A stretch of DNA of 64,000 nucleotides from Terriglobia bacterium (GCA_965198225.1 CBDAOY010000004.1:416001-480000); one strand, 5' to 3'. Shown: positions 26,313 through 37,363, counted from the first letter of the stretch. The notes: generated by a model from the letters alone, not told the origin. Numbers and translations are program-made.

Positions 26313-29025
26313 TCAAAAACTGAAACGGAGACTGAACTGCACATTCCGCCCGTCATTCTGCGTGTTCGTGATCTGTCCGAAGGATTCTGCCGCCATTCGC
26401 TCGCTGGGGGGTGAAAACTGCGGATGGTTGAAGGCGTTGATGAATTCGGTTCGGAATAACAGCGTCTGGTCCCCGGACAGAGCGAACGTCCGGCTGATTG
26501 CGAGATTGAAGTTCATCGTGCCGTCTTTCCGGAACGAGTTACGCGCGAGGTTGCCGTAGCCGTCCCTGAAGGGGGCTTCCATGTCGAATGCGTCCCGCCG
26601 GAGTATCGCCAGCGCCGTGTCCGGATTGTCGACGCTGGCGCCCAGGATGCTGGTATCCAGGATCGATGGCCTGTCGCCGCGCTCGCCGTCGCCGTTCCCG
26701 AACGGCGGAGCGTCGGTTCCCGTCTGGATGGTGAACGGCGTTCCGTCCTTGAGGATCGTCATCCCGGAAACTGCCCATCCCCGCAGGAAACCGCCGGGCA
26801 GCTGAAAGGTGTATCCCAACTGCAGGCTGTGCGGTGCGTCGAAGCTGCTTCGGGCCTTCAGGTCCTGGAAAGCCATCGATTCGACCTGGGCATAGCGCTC
26901 CTGTCGGTTTGTTCCGGGGTTGGAAAAATTAGAGCCCGTGTCCAGAGCCTTGCTCCACGTGTAGGTTGCGCGTATCGCGAGGCCTCGGCTGAAGACCTTG
27001 TCGACGGAGAGCTGTGCGGCGTCGAAATAGCCCCGAGCCTGGTTGGTCATGCGCGCGATCGAGAAGAAGCGGTCGTCGGCCCTCCGGAGATTGGTTGTCT
27101 TCGTCACGAGGGGAATGCCCTCGACGCGCTCCGCGCGATTCTCGCGCACGATTCGGAACAGCTTCCATGTCCGGTTCCCGATGTAAGTGGCCTTCACCCT
27201 GAGATCGGCGAACAGCTCCCTTTCGAATTCGAGGGTGAACTGGTGGGAATAGGGGGTCACCAGTTCCGGGTCCATCACGTTCAATCCTGATCGGGGTGTT
27301 TCTCCTGGCTCCTGGACGAAATCCTTCAGCGGGTCCAGTAAATCGGGCGACTGCTGCACCACCCGGAAGATCTGGGGTGGATTCAGCCGGGCCGGCCGAA
27401 ACGTAGCGGCAAACACCGATCCATAGGAGATGCCATACCCGGCCCGGATCACCGTGGCGCCGCGATTCCAGGCCAGCCCGACGCGCGGGGCGAAGTTATT
27501 TGTGTCGGAGCCCTGTGGGAAATCGGTGAGCTGGTTCACCTCTGACGGCTTGCCTGCGAATTCGTAACGGAGACCCACGGTGAGGTGCAGGTCGGGCCGG
27601 ACACGGATGCGGTCGTTCACGAAGACGCTGAAATCGGTTTGCCGGAATCCGCGGTAGAGTTCGCCCAGTATGACCGTGTAACGCGTCGATCGCCCGGCTA
27701 GAAAGTTGTCGATTGCGGATCGGCCGAAATTTGCGTCGAACCCGAATGTGCCCCTGGCGCCGTCGGCCTGAAACTCGTTGAGTTGTGTCCGTTGAACCTC
27801 GCCCCCCCCAATCCAGCACATGGCGATCAAAGGTCGTAGTCCCCTGAACGAGATACTCGAAATCATTGCTCACGCGCAGGATCGGCAACTGGAAAGAAGG
27901 TCCCAGGAATGCGAGTCCGGAGATGTATATGAACGGCCCGACTGCCGCAGGCGGGATCACGACGTGTACCTTCCGTCGCAGGAAATTGAAGCCGGCCCGC
28001 AGATGGCTGCGGTCGCCGAGCTGTTGATCCAGAGCCAGGTTGAGCGTTTGGGGACGCAGGCGCTGGTCTGGATTCTGACCACCCACGAGTTCGAAACCGT
28101 CGATGAAATTGTCTCCGAACGAGTAACGCGTCGAAAAGAGCTGCCGGGACGTACGTGCCCAGTCCAGCCGAAAGCTCCCCCCACTGTTCCGGACGATCTG
28201 GATCGCGTTCGTGTTCAGCAGCCGCTGGTCGATTTCCGTCCTGTTGGGAACTTGGTCCGGGAAAGCGGCCAGCCACTTCTGGACCAGAGCCCGGACTTCG
28301 GGATCTCTCGCCGTTGAAACACGTTCGTTCGGCAGCGGGACGAGCACGTTGTCGTTCACGAATCCCGATTCCCGGGTTTCCTCTCCCGTGACGAGGAACG
28401 AAAGATTGTTCGCCCCCAGCGGTCCGCCGAACCGGAATCCATACTGATTCCGTCGCGACGGCAGAACGCTGCCGACTTGAAAGAACGTGCGAGCGTTCAG
28501 CCGGCTGTTGTTGTGGGTTCCGTACAGTTCCCCGTGGTAGCTGTCCTGCCGGTCGCTGCGGACGATCCGCGGGCCGGGTCCCACGCCGCCGAATTCGGCG
28601 GCATAGTTCTGGCGTGTCGCGGAAAATTCGGTCACGGGGCTGACCTGAGCGCCCTGGCGGTCGAGTGACTCTATCAGGGCCTGCGTGTCGACAAGGTTGA
28701 TCTGGATATTCTGGTTGCGGCGTGCACCTTCTGCCTGCTGTTCCTGGGATGCTTCAACCGATTCCGGGCTGACATCAATTTCGACCGACTCCGTCAGCGG
28801 GACCACGACGTCTGCAATGGATGCGACCACGGTCTCGCGGACCAGCGCGCGGACGGTGTAGGTGCCGTCGGGCAAGTCTTCAAACGCATACTCACCCGGC
28901 TCGGATGCGGCCATCTGGACGACGACCTCACCCGCACTGTCCTGGATAACGAGGCGAAGATCGTCCACGCTCTCGCCGACGTGGACGGTCAGGCTGACCG
29001 CGAATGCAAGGAATAAACCAATCAT
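26313..29025 (-). pseudogene. TonB-dependent receptor-like outer-membrane protein, paralogue 3, frameshifted in a G8 run
   Basis: ORFs 27496..29025 and 26313..27866 join at DWGG|EVQRTQLNE if one G of 27802..27809 is removed; C-terminal RFSF. Confidence 0.85.
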
Positions 29026-29083
29026 CGACGTAATGATATTCCAGGAAGGGGTTTCCAGAGAAGCGCTGAAATACCGGGGACGT

Positions 29084-29191
29084 GTAGGTGCGGTCTATGA
29101 CCGCACAGTCTTCGAACCGCAGCAATGTGCGCTCTATGAGCGCACAAATGCTTCCAGAACCAGGAGTTGTGCGGTCATAGACCGCACCTAC
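29084..29191. repeat. GTAG-type REP cluster (three palindromes)
   Basis: GTAGGTGCGGTCTATGACCGCAC; GTGCGCTCTATGAGCGCAC; GTGCGGTCATAGACCGCACCTAC. Confidence 0.85.
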
Positions 29192-29194
29192 ACT

Positions 29195-31900
29195 TCAGAA
29201 ACTGAACCGCACAGTCACCTGCACAATCCGACCCGCGTTCTGTGTGTTGGTGATCTGACCGAAGTTCGGGTCGGTCAGGTTGGGCGACGGCGGCGCGAAC
29301 TGGGGGTGGTTGAAGGCGTTGATGAACTCCGCGCGCAGCAGGACCTCCCGCGTCTGATCCGAGGAAATGGGAATAGACCGTGACACGGCAACGTTGAAGT
29401 TCGTCGTGCCGTCCTTGCGGAAGGCGGCGCGGGAGAGGTTGCCGCGGAGTTCCCGGAACGGAGCCGACATATCGAAGGCGTTGCGACGCAACACTTTCCG
29501 AGCCGTGTCCGGATGATCGACGCTCGAGCCGAGCAGGCTGGGATCGAGGATGGACGGCCGATCGTTTCGCTCACCGTCCACGTTGCCGAACGGCGGCGAA
29601 TCTGTCCCGACCTCCACGCTGAATGGCGTGCCGTCTCGAAGTATCGCTGCCCCCGACACCGTAAGACCGCCCAGCCTGCGGGGTAGCACGTAGGAGTAAC
29701 CGACCAGAAAGCTGTGGGGGGCGTCGAATCGGCTCCGGGCTTTCAGGTCGACGAGACCGAGTTCCTCGGTTTGGGAGATGTTGGTTCGAATCCCCGTGTT
29801 CGAAAAATCGGTCGCCGTGTCCAGGGCTTTGCTGAACGTGTAGGTGGCTCTCAGGGCCAGACCCTGGCTGAAGACTTTGTCCACCGACAATTGTGCTGCG
29901 TCGAAATAGGCTCGTCCCTGATTCGTGACGTTCCGGACCGTGAAGAATCTCTGGTCCGGCCGCCGTTCGGGGATCGTGCGGGTCGTCAAAGCGATGCCGG
30001 CGACCCGTTCCGCCCGGTTGGCATAAGTATTCTGAAAGAGCCTCCAGTTCCTGCTCCCGATGTAGGTCGCGCGGAGTCTCAGGTTCGAGGAGAGCTGCCC
30101 TTCGACCTGCAGCGTGTAGTGCTGTATGTAGGGAGCCACCAACTCCGGGTCCAGCAGATTCCGAATGTGGCGCGGGATCTCGCCGGGAGTTTGGACGAAA
30201 TCCTTCAACGGATCCAGAAGGTCGGGGATCTGGATGTCGGCTCGAACGGCCTCCGGTGGGTTCAGACGGCCCTGCCGGAACGTAGCCGGGAAGATATCGC
30301 CGTAGGAGATTCCGTAGCCGGCACGTACGACGATACCGCCTCTCGAGTAAGCCAGACCGAGTCTGGGGCCGAAGTTGTTCGCGTCTGCGGTGAAAGGCAG
30401 TACGGTGAGCCCGTTGGCGTCCTTCGGCAGTCCGGCAAACTCATATCTCAAGCCGATCGTGAGATCCAGGCCCGGTGCCAACCGCACACGGTCGCTCACG
30501 AACAGGTTGATGTCGGTGCGCCTCCAGGCCCGGTAGAGGTTGCCTGACACGAAGCTGTACCGTGTCGCCGTTCCGTAGCGGAAGTTCTCCAGGCCGGTTC
30601 GGCCGAAGTTGTTGCTGAACGGTACGACGCCCCGTAACCCGTCACTGTGCAGTTCGTTGAGCTGCGATCGGACGACCTGAGCCCCCCAGTCCAGCTGATG
30701 TCGACCGACACTGGTGGCCCCCTGTGCCAGGTACTGGAAGTCGTTGCCGACCTGGAATATCGGCATGTTGAACGGAGGTCCCAGACTTTCGATCTCACGG
30801 CCAACGCTCACGCTTGGTCCGACCGAACCCGGCGGCACCAGCAGATGCACCTTTCGCCTCACGAAGTTGGTACCCAGCCGCAGTGTTGTGGCCGGGGAAA
30901 GCTGTTGTTGCCAGGCCAGATTCAACGTCTGGGGGCGCAAGCGCTGGTTCGGGTTCTGGCCGATCACGAGTTCGAAAGAATCGATGAAGTTGTCGTTGAT
31001 GGAGTACCGGGCGGACAACTGCTTCCCGTCGTCGGGTTCCCAATCGAGACGAAGGGCGCCGCCGGTGTTGCGGATCTTCTGCACCGCGTTGGTGTTCAGC
31101 ATGCGCGGATCGATTTCGGTCCGGTTCGGCGCTTCCTTCGGGTAGGCGTCCAGCCAACTCTGTATCAGTGCGTTCAGCTCCGGGTCCTCGGCCAGAGCCG
31201 TCCGTTCGGAAGGCAGGGGGACGCGGACGTTCCCGTTGACAAAACCGGATTCGCGGGTCTCCTCCGCTGTCCAGACGAATGACAAGCTGTCCGATCCCAG
31301 CGGACCGCCCATCCGGAAGCCATATTGATTACGGCGCGAAGGGAGGACGTCGCCCACCTGAAAGAACGTTCGGGCGTTCAGCACATTGTTGTTGTGCGTC
31401 CCGTAGATCTCACCGTGGTAGGCGCTTCGGCGGTCTCCCCGGATCACCTGCGGGTCCCGCCCGATCCCTCCCAGCTCGACCGCGTAGTTACCACGAGCGG
31501 CCGAGAATTCGACGATTGGCCTGACCTGTGCCCCCTGACGTTCGAGGGCCTCGTCGAGGGCCTCGTTGTCGACGAGGTTTACCTGAATGTTCTGGTTGCG
31601 CCGGGCTTCGGCTTCCTGCTGTGCAGACTGCTCAACGGATTCCCGCGTGACGGCGATTTCGATCGATTCCGTCAGCGGGACGTCGATGTCCGCCACCGAC
31701 GCCACGACCGTATCGAGCACCACCGCCCGAACCGTGTACCGGCCGTCGGGAAGCTCCTCGAAAATGTATTCTCCGGCCGTCGGCGCCGGAACCTGCCCGA
31801 CCACTTCCCCCGCACTGTTGCTCACGACCAGTTCGAGGTTCTGGACCGTATTCTGAAGATGGACCGTGAGGCCGAGGAATAAAACCAGCAGTTCAAACAT
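29195..31900 (-). CDS. TonB-dependent receptor-like outer-membrane protein, paralogue 2
   Basis: Carboxypeptidase-regulatory-like N-terminus; LNARTFF..RNQYGFRMGGPL; NNFGPRLGLAY; RAEFINAFNHPQF; terminal Phe. Confidence 0.88.
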   Translation of the reverse strand: MFELLVLFLGLTVHLQNTVQNLELVVSNSAGEVVGQVPAPTAGEYIFEELPDGRYTVRAVVLDTVVASVADIDVPLTESIEIAVTRESVEQSAQQEAEARRNQNIQVNLVDNEALDEALERQGAQVRPIVEFSAARGNYAVELGGIGRDPQVIRGDRRSAYHGEIYGTHNNNVLNARTFFQVGDVLPSRRNQYGFRMGGPLGSDSLSFVWTAEETRESGFVNGNVRVPLPSERTALAEDPELNALIQSWLDAYPKEAPNRTEIDPRMLNTNAVQKIRNTGGALRLDWEPDDGKQLSARYSINDNFIDSFELVIGQNPNQRLRPQTLNLAWQQQLSPATTLRLGTNFVRRKVHLLVPPGSVGPSVSVGREIESLGPPFNMPIFQVGNDFQYLAQGATSVGRHQLDWGAQVVRSQLNELHSDGLRGVVPFSNNFGRTGLENFRYGTATRYSFVSGNLYRAWRRTDINLFVSDRVRLAPGLDLTIGLRYEFAGLPKDANGLTVLPFTADANNFGPRLGLAYSRGGIVVRAGYGISYGDIFPATFRQGRLNPPEAVRADIQIPDLLDPLKDFVQTPGEIPRHIRNLLDPELVAPYIQHYTLQVEGQLSSNLRLRATYIGSRNWRLFQNTYANRAERVAGIALTTRTIPERRPDQRFFTVRNVTNQGRAYFDAAQLSVDKVFSQGLALRATYTFSKALDTATDFSNTGIRTNISQTEELGLVDLKARSRFDAPHSFLVGYSYVLPRRLGGLTVSGAAILRDGTPFSVEVGTDSPPFGNVDGERNDRPSILDPSLLGSSVDHPDTARKVLRRNAFDMSAPFRELRGNLSRAAFRKDGTTNFNVAVSRSIPISSDQTREVLLRAEFINAFNHPQFAPPSPNLTDPNFGQITNTQNAGRIVQVTVRFSF

Positions 31901-31969
31901 CGCGAATCATCATAATCGAAGCCGTCGCCGCGTGCGTGGTCTAAAACATTACTGTCAGCCGGGGAAGGT

Positions 31970-32167
31970 GTAGGCGCGGTCTATGACCGCACAACTTGTG
32001 GTCCCGCGGACATTTGTGCGCTCATAGAGCGCACCGACACTTGAGGATCGCAGGTTCTTCGTGAAAAGCCCCGCCACCCGATTCTCCAACAAATGACGTT
32101 TGTTCACAGCTTGTATGACCGCACATCACTCAATACAGGACAATGTGCGGTCATAGACCGCACCTAC
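31970..32167. repeat. GTAG-type REP cluster
   Basis: Two doublets of the GTGCGGTC/GTGCGCTC palindromes, one partner degenerate. Confidence 0.8.
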
Positions 32168-32171
32168 AAGT

Positions 32172-34901
32172 TCAGAAACTGAACCGAAGCGTGAACTGAA
32201 TTATCCGTCCCGCATTCACCGTGTTCGTCACCTGACCGAACGAGGAGGAGGACAGGTTCGTGTTTGGCCGGTCGAACTGGGGATGGTTGAAGGCGTTGAT
32301 GAACTCCGTCCGGAACGTCAGCGCTCGAGTCTGGTCGGCGGAGATCGGGAAGTCGCGCGAGAGCGCGACGTTGAAGTTGGTCGTGCCGTCCTTGCGGAAA
32401 CTGCCGCGGCGAAGGTTCCCGCGGCCTTCGCGGAAAGCTGCCTCGGCGTCGAAGGCTTCGCGGCGCAGGATCGACCGTGCGGTGTCGGGATCGTCGACAC
32501 TGGCTCCCAGAATGCTCAGGTCCAGAATCGACGGGCGGTCGCTGCGCTCACCGTCGACGTTGCCGAACGGTGGGGCGTCCGTCCCGGTTTCTACCGACAG
32601 CGGCGTGCCGTCTTTGAGGATTGTCGTCCCGGAGAGCGTGAAGGCTCCAAGCCAGTGGGGAAGGCGGTAGGAGTATCCCAGGATGAAGGCGTGAGGAGCG
32701 TCGAAACGCGAGAACCCCTTCAGATCCTCGAAGAACAGTTCCTCGATCTGAGCTCTGCGTTCATCGCGGTCCGTCGCCGTGTTAGAGAAGTCCGTCGCCA
32801 GGCCCAGCGCCTTGCTGAAAGTATAGGTTCCGCGCAGGGCCAGCCCGTCGCTGAACACCTTCTCGATAGTCAGTTGCCCGGCGTCGAAATACGCGCGGCC
32901 GCCATTGGTCATCCGGCCGATTCCGAAGATGCTCTGATCGGGCCTTCGATCGTTGATCGTGCTCGTCGTCAACGGGACGCCCTCCACCCGCTCGGCGCGA
33001 TTTTCGCGGGCCACGTGGAAGAGTTTGACGCTTCGAGTGCCGACGTAGGATGCTCGGATGCGGACATTGGCCGGGAGGTCTCGCTCGATCTGGAGCGTGT
33101 ACTGGTGCATGTAGGGCGTCACCAGGTCCGGGTCGAGCAGGTTGAGGCTCGATCGCGGCACCTCTCCCGGAACCTGGACGAAATCCTTCAGGGGATCCAG
33201 AACATCCGGGTTGCGGACGTCCACCCTGATGACGTCGGGCGGGTTGAGTCGCCCGATCCTGAACGTTGCGGGGAAGACATCGCCGTAAGAGATTCCGTAG
33301 CCGGCGCGGAGGACCCACGGGCCGGTGGAGTAGGCCAACCCGATTCGCGGTGCCAGATTGTTCGTGTCTGAGGAATAGGGGAATCTCGTCAGGTCGTTGA
33401 CTTCCGTCGGGGCTCCCGCGAACTCGTAACGCAGTCCCAGGGTCAGGTTCAGGTTTGGTGCGAGTCCGATCCGGTCGTTCAGGTAGCCGTTGACATCCCA
33501 TCGGCGGAATCCCCGGTACAGCTCGCCCAGGACGATGGCGTATCGCGAGGGCGTACCGAGGCGGAAGTTCTCGATCGAACTCCGACCGAAGTTGTTGCCG
33601 AAGTTCAGGGTGCCGCGCGCTCCGTCGGATTGGAATTCGTTGAGCTGGGAACGAACCAACTGGATCCCCCAGTCGAAGTCATGCGCGCCGGCCCCAGTGT
33701 TTCCCTGAACCAGGTACTGGAAATCGTTGCCCGATCGGTTGACGGGGAAGGTTCGCCTCGGCCCCAGAGCTTCGAAGTCCCTCCCGAAATGAACGTAAGG
33801 CCCCACCGCTCCCGGCGGAACCAGCACGTCCACCCTCCGGCGGAGGTAGTTGACCCCGAAGCGCACGTTCGTCCGGGACGACAACTGCTCGGTCCATGCC
33901 AGGTTCAGATTCTGAGGCCTCAGGCTCTGGTTCGGGTTCTGCCCGACGACCAATTCGAACGAGTCGATGAAGTTGTCGTTAAAGGTATACCGGAACGACA
34001 GGTTCCGCCTTTCACTCGGTTCCCAGTCCAGACGGAAGGTGCCACCCGTATTTCGCAGGGTCTGAATCGCGTTTGTGTTCAGCAGGTTCGCCGCGATTTC
34101 AGGCCGGTTGGGTTCTTCGTCCGGATATGCGTCGAGCCAGCTTTGGATCAGGGCATTGACTTCGGGATCTTCGGCGAGAGCGGTTCGCTCATCGGAGAGC
34201 GGCACGAGCACGTTGCCGTTAACGAAACCCGACTCGCGCATCTCTTCACCGGTCAGGACGAACGACAACGTGTCCGACGCCAGGGGGCCCCCGAAGCGGA
34301 AGCCATACCGGTTGCTGCGTGAAGGAAGCACCTTGCCGACCTGGAAGAACGTGCGAGCATTCAGTTTGTTGTTGTTGTGTGTTTCGTAGATCTCGCCGTG
34401 GTATGCATTCTGCCGGTCGGTGCGGATAATGGAGGGGTCCCGCCCGATGCCCCCCAGCTCGGCAGCATAGTTTCCGCGTGCCGCGGAAAACTCGGTGACC
34501 GGGCTGACCTGTACTCCCTGTCGGCCGAGGGCTTCGGTCAAGGCCTGGTTGTCGACCAGGTTGACCTGAATGTTCTGGTTGCGTCGGGCGCCCTGATCGG
34601 CGGGAGCTTCCCGGGCTTCTTCAGAACCGGCGACCGATTCCGGATCGACGCTGATCTCGACACTCTCGGTCAAAGGGATGTTGATGTCCGCGATCGAGGC
34701 GACCACAGTGTTCTCGACGATGGCCCGAACCGTGTAGGACCCGTCGGCGAGGTCATCGAAAACGTACTCCCCCCGCCTCGGCGCCGCCTGCCGTTCGACG
34801 ATGGTGCCGTTGCGGTCGACGATGACGAGGGTCATGTCCTCGACAGTCTGTTCGACGTGGACCGTGAGCGTCAGCGCGGCGGATAGGAGCAGTGCAAACA
34901 T
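32172..34901 (-). CDS. TonB-dependent receptor-like outer-membrane protein, paralogue 1
   Basis: Same motifs as its neighbours; start ATG 34901 or GTG 34910; terminal RFSF. Confidence 0.88.
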   Translation of the reverse strand: MFALLLSAALTLTVHVEQTVEDMTLVIVDRNGTIVERQAAPRRGEYVFDDLADGSYTVRAIVENTVVASIADINIPLTESVEISVDPESVAGSEEAREAPADQGARRNQNIQVNLVDNQALTEALGRQGVQVSPVTEFSAARGNYAAELGGIGRDPSIIRTDRQNAYHGEIYETHNNNKLNARTFFQVGKVLPSRSNRYGFRFGGPLASDTLSFVLTGEEMRESGFVNGNVLVPLSDERTALAEDPEVNALIQSWLDAYPDEEPNRPEIAANLLNTNAIQTLRNTGGTFRLDWEPSERRNLSFRYTFNDNFIDSFELVVGQNPNQSLRPQNLNLAWTEQLSSRTNVRFGVNYLRRRVDVLVPPGAVGPYVHFGRDFEALGPRRTFPVNRSGNDFQYLVQGNTGAGAHDFDWGIQLVRSQLNEFQSDGARGTLNFGNNFGRSSIENFRLGTPSRYAIVLGELYRGFRRWDVNGYLNDRIGLAPNLNLTLGLRYEFAGAPTEVNDLTRFPYSSDTNNLAPRIGLAYSTGPWVLRAGYGISYGDVFPATFRIGRLNPPDVIRVDVRNPDVLDPLKDFVQVPGEVPRSSLNLLDPDLVTPYMHQYTLQIERDLPANVRIRASYVGTRSVKLFHVARENRAERVEGVPLTTSTINDRRPDQSIFGIGRMTNGGRAYFDAGQLTIEKVFSDGLALRGTYTFSKALGLATDFSNTATDRDERRAQIEELFFEDLKGFSRFDAPHAFILGYSYRLPHWLGAFTLSGTTILKDGTPLSVETGTDAPPFGNVDGERSDRPSILDLSILGASVDDPDTARSILRREAFDAEAAFREGRGNLRRGSFRKDGTTNFNVALSRDFPISADQTRALTFRTEFINAFNHPQFDRPNTNLSSSSFGQVTNTVNAGRIIQFTLRFSF

Positions 34902-34976
34902 GAACCCCACATCATATGTCAGGAGCCGGCGAAATGTCTCCGGCCGGTTTCATTTCGGTATACGCTTCACAAGATT

Positions 34977-36494
34977 ATGAGGTCACGAGTGTTTGCGCTT
35001 ACGGGCATGGTCTTTGCCCAGTTCGTTGCCGGAGGGTGTGCTCCCGCCGGCGAACAACGACCGGGCACGGACTTGCCCGACCGAGTGGGCCTGGAGCTGA
35101 TCCAGCCGGACCTGTTTGCCGCCGGTGGCGCGTACACGAACGCCTGGGCCGACTTCGACAACGACGGGGACCTGGATCTGTTCGTCGGGTTCGGCGCCGG
35201 CATCCCGAACCGGCTGTACCGCAATGACGGCGGCACTTTCGTCGATGTGGCCGGCGTCGTCGGTGTGGCCGATACGGAACGGACGCGTGGCGCTTCGTGG
35301 GGAGATTTCAACGGCGACGGCCGTATGGACCTCTATGTTGGTTTCGCCTTCGACGCACCGACGGGCAATCGTCTTTATCGGAACGACGGCGAGAGCGGCT
35401 TCACTGACACAGCGCCGTCTCTTGGCGTCGACTTCTCGGGTCAGACGCGTCAGATCAGTTGGATCGACTACGACGTCGACGGTGACGTCGATCTGTTCAT
35501 AGCATTCCGGGATCAGGCGAACCGGATGTTCCGCAACGACGGGTCGACATTCACTGACGTTTCCATGGAAACCGGTCTGGCCGACTCCCGAAAGGCCGTC
35601 GGCGCGGTCTGGTTCGACTTCGACCGAGACGGCGACCTGGATGTGTTTATCGCCAATCAGGAAGATGATCCCAATGCCCTCTACCGCAACGATGGCTCAG
35701 TCTTCGTCGACATCGCTGAGACCCTTGGCCTCAACGGGGCCGGGCGTCGCCCCGGGGACGGCAGTGTCGGGCCGTGCCTCACCGACTTCGATGCCGACGG
35801 CCGCCTGGATCTGTTCGTGGCCAACTACGGCCCGAGCGTGCTCTACGCGGAGGATGAATCCGGAAACTGGGTCGACCGGGCCCCCGAGTTGGGCGTCGAC
35901 ATCGACACGCACGCGGTGTCATGCGCGTGGGGAGATTACGACCTCGACGGCCGTCCAGACGTCTACATCAGCGGATATCTGAACGGGGTACTCCACTACC
36001 CCGACCACTTCTTCCGCAACGGAGTATCTGGATTCACCGATGTCATGACGGGGTTGATCCAACAACACGATGCCGACCATGGTGTTCAATGGGCCGACTT
36101 CGATCAGGACGGTGATCTCGATCTGTCACTGGCCGACTTCCAAGCGCAAGGCGGACACCACGTGTTCCGGAACACGCTCACTGGAGCAGTGAGTCGTAGT
36201 AGGTCGGTCCAGGTGCTGGTTCTCGACGAGAACGGACACTACACGAGAGCAGGGAGCGAGGTCCGGGTCTATCGAGCGGACACACAGGACCTCCTGGGCT
36301 CCGGCATCGTCGACACGGGGTCGGGCTACTGTTCCCAGAACGCCGCCCCTGTGCACGTCGGCCTCGCTTCAGCCGAGCTAGTCGATGTCGAAGTCACAAT
36401 CATGACGTCGTCCGGCCGGGAAATCACACAGATTAAAGGAATCGACCCATCGTCGGCCCCCATCCCCATCGAAGTTCGAGTCAATCGCAACTGA
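34977..36494 (+). CDS. CRTAC1-like FG-GAP/VCBS repeat exported protein with C-terminal ASPIC/UnbV-like domain
   Basis: Repeated WxDFD/NxDGxxDL(F/Y)V and NRLYRNDG; GSGYCSQN..VHVGL. Confidence 0.85.
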   Translation: MRSRVFALTGMVFAQFVAGGCAPAGEQRPGTDLPDRVGLELIQPDLFAAGGAYTNAWADFDNDGDLDLFVGFGAGIPNRLYRNDGGTFVDVAGVVGVADTERTRGASWGDFNGDGRMDLYVGFAFDAPTGNRLYRNDGESGFTDTAPSLGVDFSGQTRQISWIDYDVDGDVDLFIAFRDQANRMFRNDGSTFTDVSMETGLADSRKAVGAVWFDFDRDGDLDVFIANQEDDPNALYRNDGSVFVDIAETLGLNGAGRRPGDGSVGPCLTDFDADGRLDLFVANYGPSVLYAEDESGNWVDRAPELGVDIDTHAVSCAWGDYDLDGRPDVYISGYLNGVLHYPDHFFRNGVSGFTDVMTGLIQQHDADHGVQWADFDQDGDLDLSLADFQAQGGHHVFRNTLTGAVSRSRSVQVLVLDENGHYTRAGSEVRVYRADTQDLLGSGIVDTGSGYCSQNAAPVHVGLASAELVDVEVTIMTSSGREITQIKGIDPSSAPIPIEVRVNRN

Positions 36495-36510
36495 GCAAAG
36501 AAAGAAACGC

Positions 36511-37154
36511 CTAAGAGGTGCGATGCCGGTCGACCCAATACGCCCAGGCGACAACCAACCATAGTGCATTGGCGGCGACCGCAACGACCGTGTCGCTCGG
36601 AGGCGGCCGCCGAAGATGTTTCCGACCCAGACCAGAACGAGAAAAGCCAGCAGTCCGCCGAGGCCGTAAGTGCCGATGCGGTCGGAGCTGTCGGTCGATT
36701 TGATGTAAACGAAGGCCGCTGCCGCGAAGATCGTGCCTTCCACGAGCATCGTTCCGGCGAGCGAGTTCCACAAGCCGAGTCCCACATACGGGCCATTCGG
36801 CAAAACGGGCAGGTCGGGCCTGTGCATCAGCAGGTCGAGGAACCAGTGACTGGCCACACCCATGGCAAGGATACCCGCGCCCAGCCAGTTTTTCCGGCCC
36901 CAGAAATAGAGGATAGCGAACATCGCCGCCCAGACCAGGGTGCCGAGGAGGCTGTGAGAGATCGGGTAGTCGTAGAAGTCGAGCGGTGTGACGACGGTTG
37001 CCTCCGGGTCGATGCGGACGTGTTCCACACCGGCGAGGACAAGGGCCGGCCAGATGAGATCGAGCAGTTGGACCGAGATGAAGAGGGTTCCCAGGGAGAC
37101 TTTCGGAGCCGCTTTCTTGGCGGCCAGGGCGACAGCAAAGTGGCCGATAAACAT
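36511..37154 (-). pseudogene. Membrane-bound metal-dependent hydrolase-like protein with a 1-nt frameshift near its 3' end
   Basis: MFIGHF, YPISHSL, SHWFLDLLMHRPDLP, GLGLWNS; the natural-looking tail PPPSDTVVAVAANALWLVVAWAYWVDRHRTS* lies in another frame after ~36607. Confidence 0.7.
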
Positions 37155-37236
37155 AGGGATCTTACGGGAATTCCTCGAACCACTACCGGAACCACGTCTC
37201 TTCCGTATAGCAGCGGAACCCTGTCGGTCCTTCCGT

Positions 37237-37305
37237 GTAGGTGCGGTCTATGACCGCACATTTTCCGGTTGGATGGCGATTTGTGCGCTCATAGAGCGCA
37301 CCTAC
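37237..37305. repeat. GTAG-type REP doublet
   Basis: GTAGGTGCGGTCTATGACCGCAC ... GTGCGCTCATAGAGCGCACCTAC. Confidence 0.85.
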
Positions 37306-37330
37306 ACTGGGACTTAAGCGTTCCCTGAGG

Positions 37331-37363
37331 AAAAAAAGAGGCGCCCAGCGAGCGCCCCTCTTC
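37331..37363 (-). terminator. Intrinsic terminator after the read-through rhodanese gene
   Basis: Minus strand GAAGAGGGGCGC-TCGCTG-GGCGCCTC followed by T7. Confidence 0.75.

Noticed and set aside
29084-29191. Possible CRISPR array (palindromic repeats with spacers)
   Set aside because: Only 2-4 units per locus, inverted rather than direct, variable spacing and no cas genes; this fits REPs.
36600-36612. Programmed frameshift in the membrane hydrolase gene
   Set aside because: No slippery heptamer; a single-base deletion (mutation or sequencing error) explains it more simply.
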